IMG/VR virus record: IMGVR_UViG_3300008267_000019
Location: 1 to 64,000 of that record
Origin: a virus
DNA: 64,000 nucleotides
Direction: 5' to 3' (one strand)
Every line of letters begins with the position of its first letter. Positions within the stretch are counted from its first letter, which is position 1. The translations under genes were made by a program, and so were the position numbers. The notes beneath the pieces are model-generated. The model saw nothing but the letters and a program-made list of their open reading frames with translations, did no database searches and had not been told where the DNA came from. Below, in pieces: positions 40,701 through 50,300 of the stretch.

Positions 40701-43700
40701 ACAGAAGCTCCTATTAAAGTAACTACAGCAGATGGACAAACAGTATTTTATGTACATGACAATGCTTGGTATAAAGCAGAAAATTTAAGTGCTAGTCCTG
40801 AAGAAATTGCTATTGATAAAGAAAAGAATTTCTTAATAAGAAAAGCTATTATCTCTAAAGGAAAAGTAAATAGCAAAGTAGATTATAAAAGCTTTGGAAG
40901 ATTATTTAAAACAGCTGACGGTAAAAAAGTGACTGTATCAGAAGCTATGCCTGATAAAAATTTAGTATTAGGTATAGGAAAAGATGGAGCTATAGAACTT
41001 TCTGGAAATAGTTCAGAAGTTATGAAAGATGCTAAAATCTTAAAGAATAATCCTGAAGATGGTAGGTTATATGCAGTTGTTAAAGTAGGACCTAATGAAT
41101 ACATGCCTATTCCTTTACAAAGAAAACCTATAAACCAAGAAACTGTAGATTCAATTATTTTAGCAATTGAAGCTCACTTAACTAATGATCCTGAAAATGC
41201 TGTAGTAAAAGCTATTGCAGAATCTTCTTTAGGATTAGACATTACTACTACTAAAGGATTATCAGATTACTTGAGTCAGTTTATTTACATATATCCTACT
41301 GAAGGTAAAGAAGGTTTAGAAAATGCATTAATTAGCAACGGTGGTACTAAAAGTACTTTAAAGTCTTCTATGCCATTAATTACTGTAACTCCTACAGGAA
41401 TACAATTTGGTAGACCAGGAATACAAGCGGCCAATTATATGGACGCTAATAATAATAAGATAGTACAGTATGCTATTAATATTTCTCAAAATTTTAATAA
41501 AACTACTGCAGGAGAAGCTAGAAATAGTTTAAACTTAAATAAACTAAGAACAGTATTAGAATCAGGTAAAGTATTAGCTAATGCTAATAAAAATACTTTA
41601 AGCAAAGATGGTAACTCTGTAATTATATTAAATCCTGAAGGAGATACTAAAACAGATACTTATAGAGAGTTTGTAAAAGAGAATTACGAAAGTAATATCT
41701 TGTCAGTAAACATAGGCTCAGATGAAAATCCTAAATGGGCCTATACTATACAACCTACTATTTTATTTGACACAGCATTTGCTAACATGCCTACTCAAGT
41801 AGTTGCATCTAAAGCACAGTCTACTGTAGCACCTGTACCTAGCCAAACTGCACGTACTACACAAGAACCTACTCAAGCTGTAGAAAAACTTTATTATAAA
41901 GGAGTAAATCCTACAGTAGATACAATTGTAACTTCCGATGATAGGGTATTACTTATTAAACGTAAAGAAGGAGCTACAGAAGGGGGCAAGTGGGCAATTC
42001 CTGGCGGCTTTGTAGATACTAATTCTAAACCAGGTGAAGCTTGGACTCCAGGAAAAGAAACAGTAGAAGAAGCAGCTGTTAGAGAAATTAAAGAAGAAAC
42101 AGGTCTTAAAATTTCTCCAAAGTCAGTAGTATTTTCTGAAAAAATTGATGATAGATCTAGAGATCCTAGAAACACAGAAGAGTCTTGGATAGAGAATTCT
42201 CTTTATACTGTTAATATTCCAGCAAAACAAATGCAAAAAGCAAAAGGAGCAGACGATGCTTCTGAAGCTAGATGGTTTACTAAAGAAGAACTATCTCAAA
42301 TGCCTGCATCTGATTTTGCTTTTGATCACAGTAAAGTATTAGAAAGAAATAATTTAAGGACACCTTTAACAGCTAATAATAATATAGAATCTCAAAAAGC
42401 TGATATAGAAAGAAGAAGACAAAAAGCAATTGAATTTAATAAAGGAGCTAAACCTGTTACTGAAGAAGATTTTAAAGAATTTGATGAAAATTTTGTACTT
42501 ACAGAAGAATATAAAAAATTATTAGGTACGTATGATTTTGATTTAGATCCAGAATCTAGATCTGATAATGATTTAGTAGGTAATATTAAATCTATACAAG
42601 AAGGTATAGATTTAATTAATGCCAAATATGATGCAGAGTTAGCAGCTTTAGAACAACCTTCTACAGACATAGAAGTTAAAAGAGCCGATATAGAAAGAAG
42701 AAAAGCTTTAAGTAAAATAGTTGAGTTAGACACAAGAATATCTGATGAAGAAGTCGATGCAGTACAACCTGAACCAGGAGTAAGGGTTACTTATTATTTA
42801 CCAGAAGGTAAAACTACAGATGGAAGAGATATTTCAAAAATACCCAGAGGTTCTATTGAAAGATATACTACAGAAACTAAAGTTTTTTATGGTTTTGAAG
42901 AAGCTGAACAAGAAGCAAAAGCGTGGATTAAATCTAAATATGATGAAGAACTAGCAGCTTTAGAAGCTGCTCCTATTGCATCTGAGATTTCTGTAGAAGA
43001 GCAAGTAGAACAAAATGTTCCTACATCATTAGCAGAAAATATATTAGCGCAAGGAGTTGATTTAGCAGAAATTAATGATACTATCGAAGCATTAAATAGT
43101 GGTAATATTAATGAAGAAGCTTTAGCAGAAGCGGGTTATGAATCTACAGAACAAGCATTAGCAGCTTATCAAGAGGCTAAAGATTTATATAATAAAAGAG
43201 CTGAAGATACCGAGACTATTACTTTGCCTAACGGTGAGACTATCACTATTACAGGTAATGATTTAGATATTAACGATCTAGCAGAGGATGAAATAGATGA
43301 TTTTTTAGTTAGAACATTAACTAAAGAACAAATAGAAGCGCAAAAAGGAGAAATAGATGAGATGATCATCTATGGTTTAAATACTACTACTCAGTCATCT
43401 TTAATAGCTTTTTTATCAGCTGATATAATTAATGCTGCTTTAAATGCTAAAGAAGTTGGAGGCAAACGCAGCGTAAAGGCTAAAGAAATCTTAGACAAGC
43501 ATGAAGAGTCTTTTAAAATATTATCTGAATTCTTTAAAAAGAAAAATTTAGTAAATAGAGCAAAACATGTTGATGCTGTATTAAGTCAATTTGATAAAGT
43601 AAGAAGATTAGTAAACCAAAACATGAGTAAGTTTACTACAGGAAATTTATCAGAAGAAGTAGAATACGATGATAATCAGCAAGCAGTAGGACTAGAGCGT

Positions 43701-46700
43701 ACCTACGCAGATGATTGGACCTTCACAGTAGACTCTAAGAATACTGCTTCTGCTGATTTAAAACAATTTTTCAGTGTAATAACAGCTCAAGATGAAAATG
43801 GTGTAATTAAAAATCCTCTAGGATTTAATGAGATTATTCCTTTTGATGTTGTGTATAATACTCTTCATGAACTACTGGCTAATAAGCCTGCTGATTATGA
43901 AACAATGATAGATATCCTAGAGTTAAATTATAATAGATTTCCTTGGATAAAATCAGTAGTAGAAAAATTAGAAGCAGCTCCTGAAAGAATTCAAAACGAG
44001 TTTGTTTCTGATATGTCTAAGCATCATATAGACATGCAGTTTGTTATGTGGTCAAAAGATCCTAATGGAAATTATTTATTACAAACATGGTCTGCTAATA
44101 AATCATCTATTGAAAATAGACTTAGAGCTATATGGTCTTCTAATTTAAAAGGTGTAGCAACTCAAAGTAACTTAGTTTATGTAGATGAAAATGATGTTTA
44201 TCAATTTAATCGTACTGTAGCAGATAGTTTAATAGCGCAAGCAGAAGAATTTGGTATGAAGCCTGAAGATGTAACCAATGAAGCATTAGCTACATGGTTA
44301 GGAAATTTTGGTATAGTACTTAATGACGAAACTTATAATGATCTTAGAAAAGGAAGATACTTTAATAATGGCAGACAAGACTGGAATAAATTATTTAATA
44401 GCTCTAAAGGAATTGTAAAAGTACTTGCTAAAGAACTAAAGAAAAAAATAGACGGGGAAATAGATGTTGAAAATTCTAATATATTAAATGACACAGCAGT
44501 AAAAGCATTAGCTTCTTTGGATGCAGCTAATACTTTAAATTCTTTTAGTAACTCTTTTAGAGCAGGTGGTAAAACTGTTTACTCTTATGGAAATAATAAT
44601 TTCTTAGTAAATCGCATGCGAGATTTAACAGCATATGATTCACAGAATAAAATGTTTTTAAATCCTGATTTAATAGATAATCTAAAAAACATTTCTTTTA
44701 GTCGTGATAGTTTATGGCTGGATGAATTAACTAGTGATAAAGAAATAGGAACAAAAACTAGACAAACATTAAAAGTTGGTTATCTATCATTAGAAGCTTT
44801 AAAAAGATTATATACTAAATCTGAAGACAATAGAAAATTAAATAATCTTACTGCTGCAGAACATGAAGTAACTAAATTAGGTTTTTTCCAAAATGTATCT
44901 GGAGAAATTTTTGACAAAGAAGGCAGAAGAGTCGTAGACTTTTTCTATCCTACTATGTCTGATAAGACTACTATGCTTACGATCAAAGCCCTCGCAAGAG
45001 AGATAAGCTATACTAATTCTAAATTATCTGAGGAAAATTTAAAGTTATTATATAAAGCAATAGTACAACCAGAAATAAATAGAATTAGAGACAAGCAAGC
45101 TAAAAATGTAAAAGGTTATGAACCTAATTATTTTTATTTCTTGCCTGCTTTAAACAAATTAACTATAGATGTTAATGGTGTAACTAAAAGATTCTTAGAT
45201 ATAGTTTTAGATAAAACAGATGTATTATACGATCCTGCAGTACAAGCAGCTGTAATGTCAGAAATTTCTACAACATTTAATAAATTAGTTTTAGATAAAT
45301 TAGATGAGTGGAATACTTTAGGTATAGGTAAAATTATAGTAGATGAAAACGGAAAAGTTACCGACAACTATACTTTTATGGATAAATCCTACATGGAAAC
45401 AGTTGCAAAAGGAACTAAAGGAAAAGGACGTGTAGAATATGCCGCAGCAGATTTTGTATATAATTATTTAATTTCTAATGCAGAAGCCTATAAATTATTT
45501 GCTGGGGATCCTGCTTTATATGCTAAGTTTAAAACTAAAAAGAAATATGCCGAAAGCATTAACAAAACCGTAGAAACTTTAACAGAAGAAGACTTAGAAA
45601 CTTGGTTAGATCAAAACCTACAAGAAACTTTTATAAACATAGGTAAACGTCTTGCAGGAGATATTGCTCCAGGTATGGAGCTAGCTAATAGTATGGATAA
45701 TGTTTACTATCAAGTTTATTTAGAAGATAAAGAAATTGCTAGTAATAATGTTAAGGATAGTGTTCAGAGAGAATTCTTTGAGAAAATAGTTAGTACATAT
45801 GCTGATAAGAAAAAAGGATATGGAGCTATAGAAGGATCAGATGCGCAGGAATATACTACTTGGCAAGAGCATTTATATGTAATGAAGCAACTAGGTAGGT
45901 TGACTAAAAAGCAATTTGATACTTTTACTAAAAAACTTACTGCGCAAAGTCAAGGTAATTTTAGCAAAGAAAATAGGTTAACTTACGACGAACTAGGAAT
46001 AATTTTACAGCCAATTAAACCTGTATATGTAGGTAACATAGCTTCTAAAGAAGAAAATGTAGATCGTAGAATATATATTAAATCTTCTAGCTTTCCATTA
46101 ATCCCAGAATTAACGTCAGGCCTCCAGATAGATAAAATCCGTAAAGGATTAGAAAAGTTTGAAACAGAAGTAGGAAAGACAGTTACTAAGGACGGAGTTC
46201 CTGCTTTTGTTCGAGCTTCTTTTGGAACTGCTAATAAAGTAGGAGCCGTTAAAAATTCTGTAGAAACATTTGATGACAATGGCAATGTATTAGATAACTT
46301 TGAAGTTAAACCTGAAAATACTTTATTACTATCAAGAGCTAACTTTAGAATACAGCAAGACGTGCCATATAAACGCGAAAAAGATAGCATCAATGTAGGA
46401 ACCCAGGAAGCAGTGTTATTATTTGTAAATCTTCTTAATACGCAAGTTACTACCGATAAAACAGGTAAAGAATTACTAGATAATTACAATAAAAACTATC
46501 AAGAATTATTTGCTTACAATCAAGAAAAGTTGGCTAAAAAATTAGGACTTATAGAAGAAGTTGCAGATGGTGCAGATCTTAGTAACCTAACAAGTATTCC
46601 TACAACTGATGTATTTACTAAAGTAGAAGAGTTTAATAACAAACTAAAAAGTGCATCTCCAATTAAAAAAGTATCTATGCAAGAGGTTTTTGCAGAAGAA

Positions 46701-46829
46701 GTTGGGGAAGATACACTAGAAAGAGTTAACTTTATAAACAAAAATTTTGATAAAATCGTAGAAGAGCTAGCAAAAGCTAAAGTTAATATCTTCTTTGATG
46801 AAAATAACGAATTTAAAAAATGTGATTAA
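37773..46829 (+). CDS. Giant virion cargo protein carrying the N-terminal half of the crAss-type virion RNA polymerase, with an inserted Nudix hydrolase domain
   Basis: 3018 aa. Gly/Ala-rich membrane-like N-terminus, Nudix box near 42003-42107, and C-terminal PTMSDK, KRL, DAQEY, KPVY, IKSSSFPL and RIQQDVP motifs recalled from crAss RNAPs. Confidence 0.78.
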   Translation: MKAPKKELKPNPLHQQLKDFATKNADNIGYNKEYVEELSTITPENTSYKGVEALHAPKEADIYDPYEAYINRTELHSGRFDINELNRLRAENQSNWAQAGNAIGQLAVNIVPQIASTVSNMINVPGWFSAEAAAANPIQEWASGIKEWSQEAMPIYEETPGQMNMADPAWWFSRGEGLIESMTSFAIPGGIAGKAVSAGFKGLGAVTRGKQLVRAVLGAEKSAGLLKGMSTLGTAALLNQAEGATIAADVYKNTLDYQLKKNGGNVDLAKKMASEAAATAMSINRINILLNLTSASAFLTPFKQTRNLLKTQGIGSTLSKIGLEAGQEATEELINLVGQKAGEAKGREEEDYVAKGLEAIGTMEGFESVFLGALGGAGQTGLVDASQYSKYGAGSTKDAEGNRISYAQYQSDLYNQQQQTIKELEDQGVQVSDSLMNVKDAVVFNEKRNKAAAEGNQEEYDRLNNQMFENQALKAFQSGTTKVLENLYKAEAERDVEEVGQEYIDKANQAVKDLQTLESVYNNFEEYTNVNDIFFNRANKIRTDRNLGYIQDAAKTNNLELAQLVRNIAGKYEYDVEREVLYKKEGEVERTETVTEKAPLTYSMSDLENNTGQTEGQKKVYNKFLKEVKKLDAYKREVGYQQAISNGEKILEDNNKEFAELTSPEAQEAALLKQEKVAAIKSAYKEVASTSSRARIQALMDTIEDPDFKRVAQLRLDALDKAKASNLQQKKKDFATKTMESKISKASLEELATIQEEINKADPNDISKTAKAALLNKVEFRARQLNNQVLDPQETAEIQDPFADFDSRSPEELENEIELEQKSFDTTIPSDFPNNEKEGKDVETEVENAAVDLLGSDKSLIIGTDENGNLVYNYEKSAEGYNRAAFLSREFNQTENVGIVDREEITNDVINSKLLDPDFLLAGTALTMEVDNDYTGEKYDPTSTTRETIAWPLRLKQIIDKYEVLGQDYRQSYEYITEAPIKVTTADGQTVFYVHDNAWYKAENLSASPEEIAIDKEKNFLIRKAIISKGKVNSKVDYKSFGRLFKTADGKKVTVSEAMPDKNLVLGIGKDGAIELSGNSSEVMKDAKILKNNPEDGRLYAVVKVGPNEYMPIPLQRKPINQETVDSIILAIEAHLTNDPENAVVKAIAESSLGLDITTTKGLSDYLSQFIYIYPTEGKEGLENALISNGGTKSTLKSSMPLITVTPTGIQFGRPGIQAANYMDANNNKIVQYAINISQNFNKTTAGEARNSLNLNKLRTVLESGKVLANANKNTLSKDGNSVIILNPEGDTKTDTYREFVKENYESNILSVNIGSDENPKWAYTIQPTILFDTAFANMPTQVVASKAQSTVAPVPSQTARTTQEPTQAVEKLYYKGVNPTVDTIVTSDDRVLLIKRKEGATEGGKWAIPGGFVDTNSKPGEAWTPGKETVEEAAVREIKEETGLKISPKSVVFSEKIDDRSRDPRNTEESWIENSLYTVNIPAKQMQKAKGADDASEARWFTKEELSQMPASDFAFDHSKVLERNNLRTPLTANNNIESQKADIERRRQKAIEFNKGAKPVTEEDFKEFDENFVLTEEYKKLLGTYDFDLDPESRSDNDLVGNIKSIQEGIDLINAKYDAELAALEQPSTDIEVKRADIERRKALSKIVELDTRISDEEVDAVQPEPGVRVTYYLPEGKTTDGRDISKIPRGSIERYTTETKVFYGFEEAEQEAKAWIKSKYDEELAALEAAPIASEISVEEQVEQNVPTSLAENILAQGVDLAEINDTIEALNSGNINEEALAEAGYESTEQALAAYQEAKDLYNKRAEDTETITLPNGETITITGNDLDINDLAEDEIDDFLVRTLTKEQIEAQKGEIDEMIIYGLNTTTQSSLIAFLSADIINAALNAKEVGGKRSVKAKEILDKHEESFKILSEFFKKKNLVNRAKHVDAVLSQFDKVRRLVNQNMSKFTTGNLSEEVEYDDNQQAVGLERTYADDWTFTVDSKNTASADLKQFFSVITAQDENGVIKNPLGFNEIIPFDVVYNTLHELLANKPADYETMIDILELNYNRFPWIKSVVEKLEAAPERIQNEFVSDMSKHHIDMQFVMWSKDPNGNYLLQTWSANKSSIENRLRAIWSSNLKGVATQSNLVYVDENDVYQFNRTVADSLIAQAEEFGMKPEDVTNEALATWLGNFGIVLNDETYNDLRKGRYFNNGRQDWNKLFNSSKGIVKVLAKELKKKIDGEIDVENSNILNDTAVKALASLDAANTLNSFSNSFRAGGKTVYSYGNNNFLVNRMRDLTAYDSQNKMFLNPDLIDNLKNISFSRDSLWLDELTSDKEIGTKTRQTLKVGYLSLEALKRLYTKSEDNRKLNNLTAAEHEVTKLGFFQNVSGEIFDKEGRRVVDFFYPTMSDKTTMLTIKALAREISYTNSKLSEENLKLLYKAIVQPEINRIRDKQAKNVKGYEPNYFYFLPALNKLTIDVNGVTKRFLDIVLDKTDVLYDPAVQAAVMSEISTTFNKLVLDKLDEWNTLGIGKIIVDENGKVTDNYTFMDKSYMETVAKGTKGKGRVEYAAADFVYNYLISNAEAYKLFAGDPALYAKFKTKKKYAESINKTVETLTEEDLETWLDQNLQETFINIGKRLAGDIAPGMELANSMDNVYYQVYLEDKEIASNNVKDSVQREFFEKIVSTYADKKKGYGAIEGSDAQEYTTWQEHLYVMKQLGRLTKKQFDTFTKKLTAQSQGNFSKENRLTYDELGIILQPIKPVYVGNIASKEENVDRRIYIKSSSFPLIPELTSGLQIDKIRKGLEKFETEVGKTVTKDGVPAFVRASFGTANKVGAVKNSVETFDDNGNVLDNFEVKPENTLLLSRANFRIQQDVPYKREKDSINVGTQEAVLLFVNLLNTQVTTDKTGKELLDNYNKNYQELFAYNQEKLAKKLGLIEEVADGADLSNLTSIPTTDVFTKVEEFNNKLKSASPIKKVSMQEVFAEEVGEDTLERVNFINKNFDKIVEELAKAKVNIFFDENNEFKKCD
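42384..42965 (+). repeat. Two ~95-aa cassettes with conserved ends (IE..KADIERR ... KYD.ELAALE) and unrelated cores
   Basis: GATATAGAAAGAAGA occurs near 42402 and 42687; AAATATGATG.AGA.(T/C)TAGCAGCTTTAGAA occurs near 42624 and 42936. Confidence 0.8.
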
Positions 46830-47302
46830 TGGAAAAATTACTTACAGACATAGAACAAAAAGAGCTTAATAAATTTGGAAAGTTAGAACTTACTGCTTCC
46901 CAAGTTTATTTGCATTTGTCTAACCGCATGAAAACATTAGGTTACTTTGGTGCAGAAAAATTTTTCTTATCAGAATCTAATAGTGAAAGAGAACACTATG
47001 GTAAAATAGAAAAATTTGCTAATGATTTAGGATGTGAACTTTCAGTAGAAGCTTTAGATGCTGTAGAATGTAATTGCACAGATATTAAATCTGCTTTACA
47101 AATGGCATATGATATGGAGAAAGAGTTAATGAATTCTTATGAAACTTCTGCTAGAAAATCTGATTTAACATTAAAAGTAGTTTTATTGTTACAAGACTTT
47201 ACTACTCACCAAGTAGGAGCCGTAGGAGAATATGGTGATTTGCTAGCAAGATTAGCTCTTACAGATAACATGTTATTATTCGATCAAGAATTAGGCAACT
47301 AA
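46829..47302 (+). CDS. Ferritin (FtnA-like, non-haem)
   Basis: 157 aa; E..AS..Y, G...FF..ES.SEREH, AYDMEK and HQ ferroxidase-type motifs. TAATG overlap with the upstream stop. Confidence 0.85.
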   Translation: MEKLLTDIEQKELNKFGKLELTASQVYLHLSNRMKTLGYFGAEKFFLSESNSEREHYGKIEKFANDLGCELSVEALDAVECNCTDIKSALQMAYDMEKELMNSYETSARKSDLTLKVVLLLQDFTTHQVGAVGEYGDLLARLALTDNMLLFDQELGN

Positions 47303-47313
47303 AATAATTTATA

Positions 47314-50300
47314 ATGGCTTGTCAGTATTTTGTTAACGGCAACTGGGTTACAGAAGAGCAGTTTAAAGAAATTTTAAATAATGGTTTATTAGACAATCTA
47401 ATTGCTGATAATACTGTTAAATTAAAAAACTTTAAAATAGATCAATCAAAAGTATTATCTAGAGAGACTAGACGAGTAGAAAGAAAAACTATTCCCGCTG
47501 CAAAGCTTGCTGATATATTAGCAAAAGAAATTAAGTCTCGTCAAGGATATCCTTCAAACTTACTTTCTGCTTTAGAACTTACTGAAGATGGCCAAGATTT
47601 TAAGATTCCATTATGGGCATCTCCTTATGCTGCAAAATTTGAAAGCTTACTTACTTCTCTCGTTACTAATAAAGTTATTAAACAAAAGTTTGCAGGAATG
47701 TCAGGAGTCCTTGGATCAGAAGAAGGATTTAGAATTAAACAAGGAGATGCTGCTGCAGGAGAATTAAAAAATTCAGGTATTGTATTTACTAAAAACTTTG
47801 ATCCAGAAAAAGGATTACAACCATTACGTGTAGATCCTGAAACAGGTAAAATGCTTCCTGCACAAATAATGTTGCCTTTTAAATTTAGAGACGAATCTGG
47901 AAAAATTTTGCCTTTAGAAGATTTTTTAATTAAAGATGAATCTGGAAAATTTATATTAGATACTTCTAAATTTCCTCAAAAATTATTAAATCTTTTTGGT
48001 TTCCGTATTCCTACACAGGAACGTAACTCTATGGCAGCTGTAGAAATAGTAGGATTCTTACCTGAAGCATCTGGAGATCTAATTTTAGCACCTAGAGATT
48101 TTACAAAACAAATGGGTTCTGACTTTGACGTTGATAAGTTATATACTTATATGTACAATCATTTCTACGACAGAAATACAGGAAAGATCTATACTAATTT
48201 TATATCTAATAAAGAAAAATTAGAAAAATTAATTAAGATTCAAAAAGAAACTATTGAAGATTTAAAAGCAGAGTTTAAATTAAATAAAGAAGATAGAAAA
48301 CTAATTGATGCATATATTAAAGAAAAATTAGAATATACATCAGAAAATGAAGAAATACCTAGTGAACTATCACAAAAAGCTTCTGAAATAATTTCTAAAA
48401 GTTTATCAGAAGATTTACAAAATAAATTAGATGCAGCTTTTGATTCATTATCAGTATTAAATAGATCTTATAAATCTTCTAGACAAAATAATATACTAGA
48501 TGTGCATCTAGATATTATGACTAGTAATAATCCAGAAGTTATTTCTAGTATTATAGCATTAGATTCCTTTGGGGAATTTGAAGATCTAGCTGCTGACATA
48601 AGTAAAATACGTAAAGCTCAAGGCTTAATTTCTGATCCTGTTACTATTCTTTCAGATTCTTATCAAAGAAAAAAGTTTATTAATGCAACTGAAGGTAAAA
48701 ATGGAGTAGGTGCATTCTCTTTAGACTCTACTTTTAATGCTACAGCACAAGGAAAAGATTTGTTATACGTCAATATGAGCGACGAAACATATCAAGATAT
48801 TATAAATAATAATGCTCCAGGTAGTATAGCTGCAAAATTATTAGAAAACAATAATCCTGTAACTAAATTTGGAGATACTGTTTCTATGGGGGATCTTTCT
48901 AATGAATATACTTTAAGATCTCAACAGCTTATTATTAAAGCTAAAGCAGAAAAAAGAGAATTAACTAAGAAAGAAAAACAATCTTTAAAATTTAAGTCTA
49001 ATATTATTAGGGCCCTACAATCTACATCAGTGGATAATGAAAAAGCACAGATCTTAGATAAATTAAACATTAATGATAATACTTTTGATGCTATTAGAGC
49101 ATTAGTGCAATTAGGTTTTGAAGAAAAAGATATCGTAGGTTTAATTACTCAAGAGATTGTTTGGGAATATGTAAGTAATTTAAAAGAAGCAGGATCTTCT
49201 TTAATGGGCTATACTCCTAATATGGAGCAAAAAGTTTATGAAGATCTTATAAAAAAATATGACAAACAAGAAAGATACAATAAACTTACTGTTGCACAAA
49301 TAGAACAGTTTAGTTCTGGATCTAGTGAAAAATTATTAGAAAATATAGCTAATAAAAAATTACAAGAGTCTAATAAAGAAACTACTACACCTGATTATAA
49401 TATAGAACAGCTAGCATTACTAGATAAATTTAGATATTTAACAGAAGTAGGAAAAGATATTAAAAAACTACAATCAGGAATAAATGCATTCTCTAAAGGT
49501 CTTCCTAAATCTTTAATAGAAGTACAAAGTAAAATCAAACAAATAAGCAATTTAACTACTTCTAAAGTATACAATGCCGATAAGTTATTAGGAGAAATTA
49601 ATAATGAAGGGATATTAGTAAATCCTACTACTCTTAATGGATTTGCTAGTTATTATGGAACTAACTTTGCAGATAAAATATTTAATAATTATTTTCCATA
49701 TAATATTCAAGGATTTAAAAGTGTAACACAGGAAGTGCAAGCTCACATGCCTCAAGGAGCAGATATAAGTGTTACTCGCCAAGCAGAATTACAACAAGAA
49801 ATATTTAATAATGTAAAGTCTTTCTTGTATGCAAATTCTGATACTAATCTATTTGGGGAAGATCCTGATTCAGAGCGCAGAAGATTATTTGTAGATTCTA
49901 AAGATAATATGAGTCTTGCAACTATTCTATCTAAGTTATCTAGTCAAGAATGGTTTCAAAAAAATGGTTTCTTAAACAAACTTTCTTTTGATTTAAATAA
50001 AAACGGTAAAGTTTCTAGAATAATGTTTGAATCTGCAACAGGTGAAAACTTTGATGAAAGAGATATATATGATGGATTTAATTATTTATTAAGTAAAAAT
50101 TTTCCAATAAAAAATCCATCATCCCCAGATGGCACTTTTAATAGTATAGAATATACTTCTAGAATGCTGGCACAAGAACTTGTAGCTGCTGCATATTTAG
50201 AGGGCGGTACTCAAGGAGCTGCACAATATTTAAAATATATTCCAATATCTTATTTAAAATCTTTAGGATTTGGCGAATACCTAGCTAATAGTCCATTTGA

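Noticed and set aside
46550-47510. Split intein joining the two RNAP halves
   Set aside because: The upstream tail does not begin with a Cys/Ser block-A motif and the downstream head has no His-Asn followed by Cys/Ser/Thr. The intervening gene is a ferritin, not a homing endonuclease.
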